From Okamejei kenojei (taxonomy: Eukaryota), in contig CM069141.1 in NCBI GenBank assembly GCA_035221665.1, forward strand, positions 48,112,001 through 48,176,000: a stretch of 64,000 bases of DNA, written 5' to 3'. Below, one piece after another: positions 1-12,085 of this stretch. The position numbers were made by a program, and so were the translations under genes. Positions within the stretch are counted from its first letter, which is position 1. Each line of letters begins with the position of its first letter. The notes below the pieces were generated by a model, which saw only the letters and a program-made list of their open reading frames with translations, was not told the origin of the DNA and did not search any database.

Positions 1-1143
1 CCACCGCTCACATCTTCGAAAAATATCCGTGCAGATATTTCAGATGTAAATGATAACGCACCGAGATTTACGCAGGCTGCATACACGGCAAATGTCATGG
101 AGAATAACGTTATTGGGGATTCCATATTCTCCCTCACAGCCTATGATCCAGACGCGAGACAAAACGCCAGATTAAACTTTACTATCCTGAATTCAGTCGT
201 GGCCTCATATGTCTCCATTAACTCACAAAATGGTGTCATATTTGCTCAGAAATCATTTGACTACGAACAATTGAAAAACTTCCAAATCCATGTATTGGTG
301 CGAGATTCTGGAGTCCCACCGCTGTCCAGTAACGTTACTGTGGACGTTGTTATCCTCGATCAGAACGATAACGCGCCAGTGATCGTTAATCCTTTGCCCG
401 AACATGGGTCAACTGTAATGGAGACAATATCGAGGTTTGCAGAACCTGGATACCTAGTTGCCAAGGTATCCGCTATTGACGCCGACTCCGGTCAGAATGC
501 CCGTCTGAGTTATCATGTTTTTCAGGCCACCCACCGTAATTTATTTACTATTTCAGAGGATACTGGGGAAGTTTGGACCATACGTGGCATTGAGACAAAG
601 GATGCATCGAAACAAAGGCTGGTTATTGTTGTAAAAGATAATGGAATCCCATCGCTTTCAGCCACAATGACCATTGTACTATCTGTGAAAGGAAGCGATA
701 CGATATCCAGTGCCACCAGTCTATCTAAAAATCACGTTTTCTCTCCAGATTTGAACCTTTCTTTGGTCATAGCTTTAGGAACGACATCTATCATTTTCCT
801 CGTTATTTTAATTATCCTGACTGTCAACGTTTATAAAAACAGAAATGGCGTAGGACGTCAATATGGTTCTCTGAACGTCTGCTGCTTTTTGGAGTCAAGG
901 CGTTCTCTGAATGACATTCAGAATGCTAGCAGAAGCCTTCAGATACCACCGAACTACGTTGAGGTGTTCGGAGGTGATCCGCTTTCTCAGAGTTACCGTT
1001 ACGAGTCCTGTTCAACGTTGCAGTCTGCAAAGAGAGATTTAGGGACCACGCAAACGCGTGGGCTATCTACAGCAATGGATTACATCCAGAAAAAATCAGG
1101 ACTGATAAGTTCTGAAAACGCCAACTGCCGTGTGAATAATGAG
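1..1143 (+). CDS. Clustered protocadherin variable exon V1 (5'-truncated by window; end of EC4, EC5-EC6, TM, variable cytoplasmic domain)
   Basis: Frame open from base 1 (PPLTSSKNIRADISDVNDNAP). Cadherin motifs FDYE, DQNDNAP, DADSGQNA; TM LSLVIALGTTSIIFLVILIIL; PPNYVEVFGGDPLSQ; donor GAG|GTGAGT at 1143/1144. Confidence 0.95.
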
Positions 1144-1975
1144 GTGAGTTATTTCACAGAAAGAAAAACAATTGGGATGTGAGCTCTGGCCACTGCAACT
1201 TCATTAAATGTTGTGCCGGGGTGGAGGTGGGTAGTCACAAATTCGATCTATGATCAAACGGTAAAGGTACTTTCCCTTAACTTATTGATGTAAGCTCAAG
1301 GGATTTGACGATTGATATCTAGGGACAATGGTGTATTCAAGATTGATGATTATTAAGTGGTGCTGTCAATGCTGTGCTGTTGTTTTTTTAGAATGAGACA
1401 GTGAGACATTGGAAATACCTCTGAAGAAATATCAGTGATTCATCAGTTTAGTCGATGGCAGATTACATGAATATCTAAAGTACTCTTTGTAATGGTAATT
1501 ATTCTGGTAACATATTTCCGGAGAGTATTTTACTTTTTGAAAGTTGCTGGTGTCACTTGTCGAGGCAAATGTATGGTATTTCTCGGAAGTTTTGATTACC
1601 TCCTTCTTATGTAGTGTCCCCAAAGCCTAGGGAAACGTGCTTTTGGTCTGCAGTCGCAGCAAAAGTATGTATGTGACCGGACAAAAATATTTGTGCTAAA
1701 TAAGTGTCATGTACCCAAAAAATATGTAGCCAATTCAGCAGTTTCCAATATATGGTGAAACCATGTTAGTGGGATGTGAATTCATTAGTGGGAGCATGGT
1801 AATTCGAATTTCACGTTACCTTAATTGGTACATGTCACAATAAACTGACCGTGAAACCTTGAAACCTTGACATAAATAGAGTAGAAGTTGTCGTATCTGG
1901 TGCTAGGGATAGCTGATACCCACCAGTTTTAATTATTAATGAAGTGCCATTTCAACGCATCACTATTGTCTGGGA

Positions 1976-4909
1976 CACTCCACCGCCCCCCAGCAGCCCG
2001 CAGCCGTCGCCTCACCTGCAGACTGGACTCTGCAGTGGGCCTGAAGCCTCCACGTTGCTAACTCCTCCCCCCACTCTATCTTTAACGGCACTGGGTCCTA
2101 GTGCCCATCTCCCCAGCCCCAGTAACCTTAGTGGCTATTCCACTGGGTCTTCCCCCATCCCACCCCTACCATGTAACCCCTGCTCTTTCCCCACCCACAC
2201 CACAGCCCCATAACCCCCCACCACCCCCCTGACCACCCCTCCACCCCCCCCCCCCCCCCCACCACCACACAATGCTCCATCCTCAGTTCACTCACCTGCC
2301 TTTCTCCGGCCACAACCCCCATACTTGCTGCGTGTTCACCATCCCCCCGGACCTCCCCCTCTCCGACACCGAACGGTCTGTCCTCAGCAGAGGTCTTACC
2401 TTTGTCCCCCTCCGTCCCCACCTCAATGAGTTCCGCGCCCACCACGACTTGGAGCTCTTCTACCGTCGCCTCCGCCTCACAGCGTTCTTCCACGGGAAGA
2501 AGTCCTCGCCCCCCCACTGATGATCCCTTTTCCTGTCTCCCACGTACCCCCTCCACTTGGACCCCCCCCCCGTAGCCTTCCGGCTCTAGAACTATTTATC
2601 CAGAACTGCCGTCAGGACATCAACCGCCTCGACTTCTCCACTCCCCTGTCTCACTCCAATCTCTCCAGCCCCGAACGTACTGCCATCGACTCACTCCGTA
2701 ACAACCCAGACTGGGTTATCAAACCCGCCGACCAGGGAGGAGCCGTGGTAGTCTGGCGTGTCGATCTCTACAAAGCAGAGGCCACGCGCCAACTCTCGGA
2801 CACCTCCTCCTACTTACCCCTGGACCATGACCCCACTGACGAACACCAGGCCACCATCTCGAGCACCATAACTGACTTCATCAGCTCTGGCTGCCTACCC
2901 CCCTGAGCCTCCGACCTCATCGTTTCCCAGTCCCACACGGCCCGATGTTACCTTCTCCCCAAAATCCACAAACCCGACTGCCCTGGCAGACCCATTGTCT
3001 CTGCCTGTTCGTGCCCCACCGAACAAATTTCTACATACCTTGACGCCATCCTATCCCCCTTTGTTAACTCCCTCCCCACCTATGTTCAAGACACCTCAGA
3101 CACTCTCCGTCGGCTCCGTGCATTCCATTCTCCAGGCCCCCATCCTCTCATCTTTACCATGGACGTCCAGTCACTCTACCCATCCATCCCTCACCAGTAC
3201 GGTCTCAAAGCCCTCCGGTTCTTCCTCGACCAGAGGAGCAACCCACACCAGTCCACTAACACCCTCCTCCGCCTAGCGGAGTTGGTCCTTACCCTCAATA
3301 ACTTCTCTTTTGATTCCTCCCATTTCCTCCAAAGACAAGGCGTAGCTATGGGCACACGCATGGGCCCCAGCTACGCTTGCCTCTTTGTTGGGTACGTCGA
3401 ACAATCCTTGTTCAGGGCATACCAGGGCCCCATCCCTGACCTCTACCTCCGTTACATCGACGACTGCTTTGGTGTCACCTCCTGCACCCACACACAACTG
3501 ACTGACTTCATTCATTTCACCACCAACTTCCATCCGGCACTCAAATACACTTGGACCATTTCCGACACTTCCCTACCATTCCTTGACCTCACCATCTCTA
3601 TTGCAGGTGATACACTCCTGACCGACATCCACTACAAACCACCTGACTCCCACAGCTACCTGGACTACTCTTCCTCCCACCCTGCTTCCTGTAAGGACTC
3701 CATCCCCTATTCCCAATTCCTCCGTCTACGCCGCATCTGCTCCCAGGATGAGGTGTTCCACACCAGGTCATCACAAATGGCCTCATTCTTCAGAGAACGG
3801 GGATTCCCCTCCCCCACTATTGATGAGGCTCGCACCAGGGTCTCCTCCATACCCCGCAACACTGCCCTCTCCCCCCATTCCCCCACTCGCAAACAGGGCA
3901 GGGTCCCCCTGGTCCTCGTCTTTCACCCCACCAGCCGGCAAATACAACACATAGTCCTCCGCCAGTTTCGCCACCTCCAACGTGACCCCTCCATCCGCCA
4001 CATCTTCCCATCTCCCTCCCCCCCCCCCCCCCCCTGTCTGCCTTCCGCAAAGACCGCTCCCTCCTCAACTCCGTTGTCAATTCTTCCCTCCCCTCCCGCT
4101 CTACCCCTTCCCTGGGCACTTTCCCTTGCAACTGCAAGAAATGCAACACTTGTCCCTTCACCTCCCACCTCCACTCCTTTCAGGGACCCAAGCAGTCCTT
4201 CCAGGTCCGACAGAGGTTCACCTGCACCTCCTCCAACCTCATCTACTGCATCCGCTGCTCCAGATGCCAGATGATCTATATCGGTGAGACCAAGCGGAGG
4301 CTTGGCTATCGTTTCGCCGAACACCTCCGCTCGGTCCGTAAAAACCAACCCGACCTCCCGGTGGCTCAGCACTTCAACTCCCCCCCCCCCCCCCCCCCCC
4401 CCCATTCCGTATCCGACCTCTCGGTCCTGGGCCTCCTCCACGGCCACAATGAGCAACACCGCAAGTTGGAGGAACAGCACCTCATATTCCGCTTGGGGAG
4501 TCGGCATCCTTTGGGCTTGAACATTGAATTTTCTCAATTCTGTTAACCCTTGCTGTCTCCTCTCCCTCCCCACCTCTCCCTTAGCCATCGGCCCTGGCAT
4601 TCCGCCTATCTCTATCTCCCTCCCCCACCCTAGTCGCACTAGCTTCTCATTTTCACACCACAAACAGCTTACAATGGCTTGTTCCCTTTATCATCGATAC
4701 TTTTTTGCATATCTTTCATTCATTGTTCTTTATCTCTCCACATCACCGTCTATATCTCTCGTTTCCCTGATCCCTGACCAGTCTGAAGAAGGGTCTCGAC
4801 CCGAAACGTCGCCTATCTCCTTCGCTCCTTAGATGCTGCTGCACCCGCTGAGTTTCTCCAGCTTTTTGTGTAACCCTCCATTCTCCAGCATCTGCAGTTC
4901 CTTCTTTAA
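1976..4909 (+). mobile_element. Penelope-like retroelement (Neptune-type: RT, Cys-rich linker, GIY-YIG endonuclease), with frameshifts and a stop
   Basis: ORF 3159-4274 has RT motifs GVAMGT, LRYIDD, LPFLD. Linker CNCKKCNTC at ~4127-4153. IYCIRCSRC-IYIGETKRRL..RFAEH (GIY-YIG) at ~4240-4330. 3' pseudo-LTR; 15-bp direct repeat CACTATTGTCTGGGA at 1961-1975 and 4910-4924. Confidence 0.92.
4781..4812 (+). ncRNA. Minimal type I hammerhead ribozyme-like core in the Penelope pseudo-LTR
   Basis: CTGAAGA (4783-4789), stem II GGGT-CTCG-ACCC, GAAA (4803-4806), CGTC. Loopless palindromic stem III (ACGT) is typical of PLE hammerheads. Only ~2 bp of stem I are visible. Confidence 0.65.
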
Positions 4910-6301
4910 CACTATTGTCTGGGATCTGGCTTTGATGAGGTAATTTGGTCGTTATGGGTTTCTGTTGTACATGAATCTATGACCCTATGACTTATTCCAT
5001 ACGGGTACAGACTGCTTCGTTATCCAAGGAATATTGATACTAATCAATGTCCTATGGCAATCAGCAAACTTTCCCCTATGTAGCATTGTATTTGAATTTA
5101 ACAGGTGCCTTCTGCATGTGTTTAGCAGGTGAGGCGGGACCCAAACAGAGTTCCTATAAATTAGTGCATTGACGCCATGATTTTAGAATCAGCAGTTTTC
5201 AACCATCTGTCGTACTCTTCATCGTTTCTTGGATGCAAGTGTTTGATACAAGACCAATGATTCATCCTTCCCTAATTTCACTTGAAATAGTGCTATTCAG
5301 ACGCCTTCGTGGATCAGTGCAGTCCCTATCCTGATGGCTCTCCCGTAAAGAATTCCAATACCAACAATTAATATCAGCGAGGTAGTGGTAATATATAATT
5401 AATAGTCTAAGTCCAATATTTAGTAGATATAAAACCAGAAACTGGTAAAGTGCCTGAGAAAATATTGTTTTTCAATTAGTACAACTTATAGTTAGATCCG
5501 GAGCATTGCCTGTAGATTTAATATAATATCAGAACTTGAATGAGATTTTAACCGTGGACACGATAGCAAATACATTGTTTATATTTTACCCAAAGATAGC
5601 CGCGTTGAAAGTTTTAACTATACTTAGTGTGCTTGCGTGCCACCTTTAACATATGAAAGCTATAGCACTATTGTCAAAATATGTTACTCTACTATTTATT
5701 GAAGCCACCAGACAATATAACAATAATATTTCAGCAATTAAGGTACTGTTGACGGGTTTGTTTGAAACTGACCAACAAGGGGAATATTCATTTCGGGGAA
5801 TCTTCGGTTATATGTTTTGAAGACACAGAAGAATGCGGGTGCTACAAACCGATAAACACAAACTATCTGCCGGTTGAACTCAGCTGGTCGAGCAGCACCT
5901 GTTGAGGGAGGGGGAGGGGTGGGGGGGGGGGGGGGGGGGGGGGGGGGGGAGTGGGAATGTCGACGGTTCAGGTAGAAATCTTACATCAGGTATTTTTGGT
6001 CGATTCAAAGACAGAATGACAATATTGCCAGATCGCAACGATTGTAAAGACACGATGAAAGATGCATGAAAGCAAGCAAGCAAGATTCGCAGCAAGTTGA
6101 GTTACGTTCTGTCTACGGACCACGTTCCTGAAATAATAAGTTTCCATATTTCATCTTTAGGATATTCACTGTATTGCAGCTCATGAAAATTCGGTTCTGG
6201 TGGGAAATTTCCACAGTAGGTAAGAACACCCACAATGCTAAAAGCAATTTCAATTACGCAACAATAAATGTAACAAGTCTGCGCCAAGTTAAGCAGTTCT
6301 T

Positions 6302-6450
6302 GCTTTAAGAAATGAGCTGAATTGTAATTGGTCGGATATGACTGCTGCATTGTCCACCAATCAGGAGGCCGGAGGCGACTGGTGATCTGCACAGCCCCTT
6401 ACAATACCCAGCGGCCATCGCGTCCGATCAGACGCCGTGAACACTGGATA
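6302..6450 (+). promoter_or_regulatory. Conserved promoter module of V2
   Basis: GCTTTAAG 6302, ATTGG 6327, CCAATCAG 6357, GATC 6384 followed by ACAGCCCC; CCAAT is 288 nt before the ATG. Confidence 0.8.
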
Positions 6451-6644
6451 GGCAGCAGCTCCGGACGGTTTCTGTTCGATTCATTTCGAACCGGATACAA
6501 CATCAGAACGATTAAATGAAAACATTGGAACAATTCGCAAAGGAGGTACAAACATTGTCTGCGTCGTATTTGTCTCATTTAAATCAAATCGCTGGCGAAA
6601 GGTGTTGGCTCGGGTTGAAACCATTGGAATGATTTCTACTGGAA

Positions 6645-9092
6645 ATGAGAGATAATATATATTGGCTGCTCAAATACCGACTATTTTGCTGCTTTTTCTG
6701 CCCCTGGGACCTTGTTTCTGGGCAGATTCGATATTCGATTCCCGAGGAATTGCAACTGGGTGCCTTTGTTGGAAATATCGCAATTGATTTGGGGTTAGAT
6801 TTAAAGCAACTCTCGGCTCGCAGTTTGCGGGTGGCGCCAGGCCTGAGGAAGCGAAATGTTGACTTAAATTTAGCAAAAGGGGTTTTATTTGTGAATGAGA
6901 GAATCGACAGAGAGCAGCTTTGCGGGCCGAGCATCGATTGCATTTTACCCCTGAACGTCGTGCTTGAAAATCCCCTCAGTCTTCACCAGGTGGAAGTGGA
7001 GATACTCGATGTAAATGACAATGCACCCAGTTTCCCCAAAAGTCAGATACGTCTTGAAATCTCAGAGAATATGGCACCGGGAGCGCGGTTCCCCCTCGAG
7101 GCCGCTCAAGATCCGGACATTGGGACGAACTCCTTGCAGACTTATCAGCTCCTTCCCAATGAGTATTTCATTCTTGATGTACAAGAACGTGCTAGGATAG
7201 GGGATTTACCGGTGTTAGTGCTGCAGCGGGCCCTGGATAGAGAAACGGCATCGACCCATGAATTAACAGTGCTTGCTGAAGACGGTGGAGTCCCTCTAAG
7301 ATCGGGTATGGTTCAGGTAACTGTCAGAGTGAAGGACGCGAACGACAATCCCCCTGTTTTCTCACAAGCGGTGTACAGTGTCAGTATGGTGGAATCGGCT
7401 CCCACAGGAAGTCTGATTATTAAGTTAAACGCCACTGATTTGGACGATGGCCCTAATGGTAAGATAACATATTCCTTCAGCGGCCATAACACTGCTGACG
7501 TTCGTGAATTAGTTGCCGTGAATTCTCAATCTGGTGAAATCAGACTGAAAGGGCATTTGGACTTTGAACAAAGCAAAACCTTTGTGATTAATATGGAAGC
7601 AAGCGATCATGGTTCTCCTTCAATGTCTCAACACTGTGATGTGTTGGTGGATGTTGTCGATGTGAATGACAATGCCCCTGAAGTGTCATTGACATCCATG
7701 TCCAGTGCAGTGGCTGAAAATGTTCCAATCGGAACCATTGTAGCCCTTCTCAGCGCAGAAGATAAGGATTCTGGACAGAACGGACAAGTAAAATGTCAAA
7801 TTCCGAATAAAGCCGCATTTAAGCTGGAAACATCAGTGAGGAATAATTGGAAACTGCTTGTACAACATGGGCTGGATCGTGAAACTATCCCCAGGTATGA
7901 CATCGTTGTGACATGCATGGATGCAGGGGAACCACCACTCACAACCAAGAAAAATATCCGTGTCGATGTTTCTGATGTAAATGATAACGCACCGAGATTT
8001 ACGCAAGCTGCATACACGGCAAATGTCATGGAAAATAACGTTATTGGTGATTCCATATTCGCCCTCACGGCCGACGATCCAGACACGGGACAAAACTCCC
8101 GATTAAACTTTACTATCCTGAATTCAGTCGTGGCCTCATATGTCTCAATTGACTCACAAAATGGTGTCATTTTTGCTCAGAAATCATTTGACTACGAACA
8201 ATTGAAAAACTTCCAGATCCATGTATTGGTGCGAGATTCTGGAGTCCCACCGCTCTCCAGTAACGTTACTGTGGACGTTGTTATCCTCGATCAGAACGAT
8301 AACGCTCCAGTGATCGTGAATCCTTTGCCCGAACTTGGATCAAATGTAATGGAGACAATATCCAGGTTTGCAGAACCAGGATACCTACTTGCCAAGGTAT
8401 CCGCAACTGACCACGACTCCGGTCAGAATGCCCGTCTGACTTATCATGTTTTTCAGGCCACCCACCGTAATCTTTTTACTATTTCAGAGGATACTGGGGA
8501 AATTTGGACCATCCGTGGCATTGAGACAAAGGATGCACCTGAACAAAGGCTGGTGATTGTTGTAAAAGATAATGGAATCCCGTCACTTTCAGCCACAGTG
8601 ACCATTGTTTTATCTGTGAAAGGAGGCGAAACGATATCCAGTGCCACCAATCTTTCTAAAGATCACGTCTTCGCTCCAGATTTGAACCTTTCCTTGGTCA
8701 TAGCTTTAGGAACGACGTCTACAATTTTCCTCGTGATTTTAATTATCCTGGCTGTCAAGGTTTATAAAAACAGAAATGGCGTGGAACGTCAATATGGTTC
8801 ACTGAACGTCTGCTGCTGTTTGGAGTCAATGAGTTCTCTGAATGGGATTCAAAATGCCAGCAGAAGTCTTCAAATACCACCGAACTACGTTGAGGTATTC
8901 GGAGGTGATCCGCTTTCGCAGAGTTACCGTTATGAGTCTTGTTCAACGTTGCAGTTTGCGAAGAGAGATTTAAGGACCACTCAAACGTCCGGGCTATCTA
9001 CAGCAATGGATTATAACCAGAAAAAAACGATTGGCAAAGAGAGCCCAGGAATGATAAGTTCTGAAAACTCAATCTGCCGTGCGACTAACGAT
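6645..9092 (+). CDS. Clustered protocadherin variable exon V2 (intact, 816 codons to donor)
   Basis: Signal peptide, QIRYSIPEE, EC1 C-x5-C, six EC repeats, TM, PPNYVEVFGGDPLSQ; donor GAT|GTGAGT at 9092/9093. Confidence 0.96.
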
Positions 9093-10217
9093 GTGAGTTA
9101 TTTCAACGAAAGATAAATAATTGGGTTGTAAACTCTGGCCATTGCAACTTCATTACCAGTTGTGCCGTGGTGGGGGGGGGGGGGGGGGGGGGGGTCATAT
9201 ATTCCATCTATGATCGAATGGTAAGAATACGTTTAGCTTAACTGATTAGTGTGGGTTCAAGGGATTTGACTTGGTTGATATCAAGGGACAATGGTGTGTT
9301 GAAGATGATGACATGACGGGAATATGTGGTGCTGTCAATGCTCTGCCGCTGTTATTTTTTTAGAATAAGAAAATGAGACATTGGAAATTCTTCTGAAGAA
9401 ACATCAGCGATTTATGGCAGTGTGGTCTATGACAGACTACATTAATATCTAAAGTACTCTTTGTAAAGGTAATTATTCTGTAAACATTTTTCTGGGGAGT
9501 ATTTTACTTTCTGAGATTTTTTGTCACCTGTCGAGGCAAATAGATGGTATTGCACGGTAGTCCGGATTAGCTCCATCTTAGTTGTGGAGAGCCTGTGTAG
9601 TGTCCCCAAAGCCCAAAGAAACACGCATGTAGTTTGCAGTCGCAACCAAAGTATGTATGTGGTCAGTCAAAAATGTTTGTGCTAAACAGGAGACATAAAT
9701 AAATAATGCAACGTGTTTTTTCGTTGTTATTTGCTTATGCACTTACATTTCTTGGTTGGGCATTTTTCGTTGAGATTCTGAGGAAGCATCAGTGGGATAT
9801 CCACTGCGTTCTGTGGAGGTCTGAATTAAATTTGAAGGCATTTTATTCACGGATAATCAAGTTGAAAGCTTGACCATGGCTAATGTTGAGCATACCACAT
9901 GTTGTTGCAGTTATATATCCAGGCATTTGTAAAATTTCTGAATCAAAATATTGCTTGGCAAATTCCAGGTGGCAGAAAAGCAGGGATCCTTATCGTCGCT
10001 CAAAGCACCATGACTGATGCCCTGTCAAGTCCAGAAAAAGATATGTAGAAAATTTAGCAGTTTCCAACATACGGTGAAACCATGTTGTTGGGATGTGAAT
10101 TTAGTAATGGAAGTATGACATAATTAGAGTAGAAGTTGGACTATCTGTTGCCAGGAATAGCTCTTTTCTACCAATTTTCATTATGTGCTATCTCAACGCA
10201 TCACCATTGTCTGGGAT

Positions 10218-10373
10218 GTAGACACAAAATGCTGGAGTAACTCAGCGGGACAGGCAGCATCTCTGGAGAGAAGGAATGTGTGGCGTCTCGGGTCGAAAAC
10301 CATCTTCAGACTGATTTACTCCAGCAATATGTGTCTACCTTCGATTTAACCCAGCATCCGAAGTTATTTCCTG
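10218..10373. mobile_element. Short non-autonomous Penelope pseudo-LTR derivative with internal inversion
   Basis: TAGACACAAAATGCTGGAGTAA ... TTACTCCAGCAATATGTGTCTA inverted arms; flanked by CACCATTGTCTGGGAT (10202-10217) and CACTATTGTCTGTGAT (10374-10389). Confidence 0.8.
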
Positions 10374-11357
10374 CACTATTGTCTGTGATCTGGCTTAGGT
10401 GGGGCACCTTGTCATTAAGGGCTTCTGTACTGCACGAATCTTTGACCCTGTTACTTATTCCATATGTGTACGGCTCGTTCTTCATCTAAGGAATATTGAT
10501 ACTAATCAATACCATATGGAATCAGCAAACTTTCCCCAATTTAACATTGGACTTGCATTTAACAGGTGTCTTCTCAATGTATTTAGCAGGTGTGGCGCGA
10601 CCCAAACTGAGTTCCTATGATTTACTGCAGTGAAGCCATGATTTTAGAATCAGCAGTTTTCAACCATCTCTTACCCTTTTTCCTATCTTGGATGCAAGTG
10701 TTTTATGCAACACCAATGTATTGTCCATTCCTAATCCCCTTGAAATAGTGCTGTTCAGACCCCTTCATGAACCAGTGTAGTCCTTGTGCTGATGTCTCAC
10801 CTTGTAAGACTGTTGGTAAGGAATTCCAATAGCAACAATTAGTAACAGCGAGGGTTGGTAATATATAATTACTAGTCCAAGTTCAACATTTAGAAGATAT
10901 GAAACCAGAAAATGTAAACGTTGAGAAACATTTGTTTTCCAATGAGTACAACTTCGATCCTGAGCATTGCCTGTAGATTTAATATAATATCCGAACTAGA
11001 AGGAGATTTTAACCGTAGACACGGTAGCAAATACATGGTTTACATTTTAACCAAAGACATCCACGTTGAAAGTTTAACTTTCGAAAGAGTTCTTGCGTGC
11101 TTCCCTTAAAATATGAAAAACGAATGTACTATTGTTAATATATAAGTTACTCTGCTATTTATTGAAGCCACCAGACAATATAAAAAGAACATTGCAGATA
11201 TGGCGGGTTTGTTTGAAACTGACCAACAAATAGGATATTCATTTCGGTGAATCTTTGGTTTTAAGTTTTGAATACGCAGAAGACTACGGGTGCTAGGAAC
11301 CGAAACAACAAACTATCTGCTGGTTGAACTCAGCGGATCGTGCAGCACCTGTTGAGT

Positions 11358-11403
<46 letters not shown>

Positions 11404-11742
11404 CGAGGGTTGGAATGTCGACGGTTCAGGTCGGAACCATGTATCAGCTGTTTTTTGTTCTATTCAAAGCCAGAATTACGGCATTTTGTCACTATTGACA
11501 TTTCGCCACGATTGTAAAGGCACGATGGGGTTACGCGAAATTAGATTCGCAGCAAGTTGAGTTCATTTCTTTCTTCTGCTCACATTCCTAAAATCATATG
11601 TTTCCATATTTCATCTTTAAGGTTCCATTTAATTGCAGTTCATGAATATTCGGTTTTGGGGGTAACCAAGAGCATCCAAAATGCTAAAAGCAACTTCAAT
11701 TGCGCAGCGATAAATGTATCGAAGCCAAATTAAGCAGTTCTT

Positions 11743-11890
11743 GCTTTAAGAAATGAGCTGAATTGTAATTGGTCGGATATGACTGCTACATTATCCACCA
11801 ATCAGGAGGTCGGAGGCGACTGGTGATCTGCACAGCCCCTTACAATACCCAGCCGCCATCGCGTCCGATCAGACGCCGTGAACACTGGAT
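11743..11890 (+). promoter_or_regulatory. Conserved promoter module of V3
   Basis: GCTTTAAG 11743, ATTGG 11768, CCAATCAG 11798, GATC 11825; nearly identical to the V2 module. Confidence 0.8.
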
Positions 11891-12085
11891 AGGCAGCAGC
11901 TCCGGACGGTTTCTGTTCGATTCATTTCGAACTGGATACAACATCCGAACGATTAAATGAAAACATTGAAACAATTCGCAAAGGAGGTAGAGACATTGTC
12001 TGCGTCGTATTTGTCTCATTTAAATCAAATCGCTGTCGAAAGGTATTGTCCAGGATTGAAGCCACTCGAATGATTTCTACTGGAA

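Noticed and set aside
5903-5950. Long poly-G/poly-C tracts (also 11360-11403, 2235-2260, 4380-4403) as functional G-quadruplexes
   Set aside because: They lie inside repeat-derived sequence, their lengths are unreliable in assemblies, and they are absent from V4-V10 promoters.
6328-6519. 63-aa ORF repeated at 11769-11960
   Set aside because: It starts at TTG inside the duplicated promoter; the identity reflects the V2/V3 duplication and the ORF is not maintained in other paralogs.
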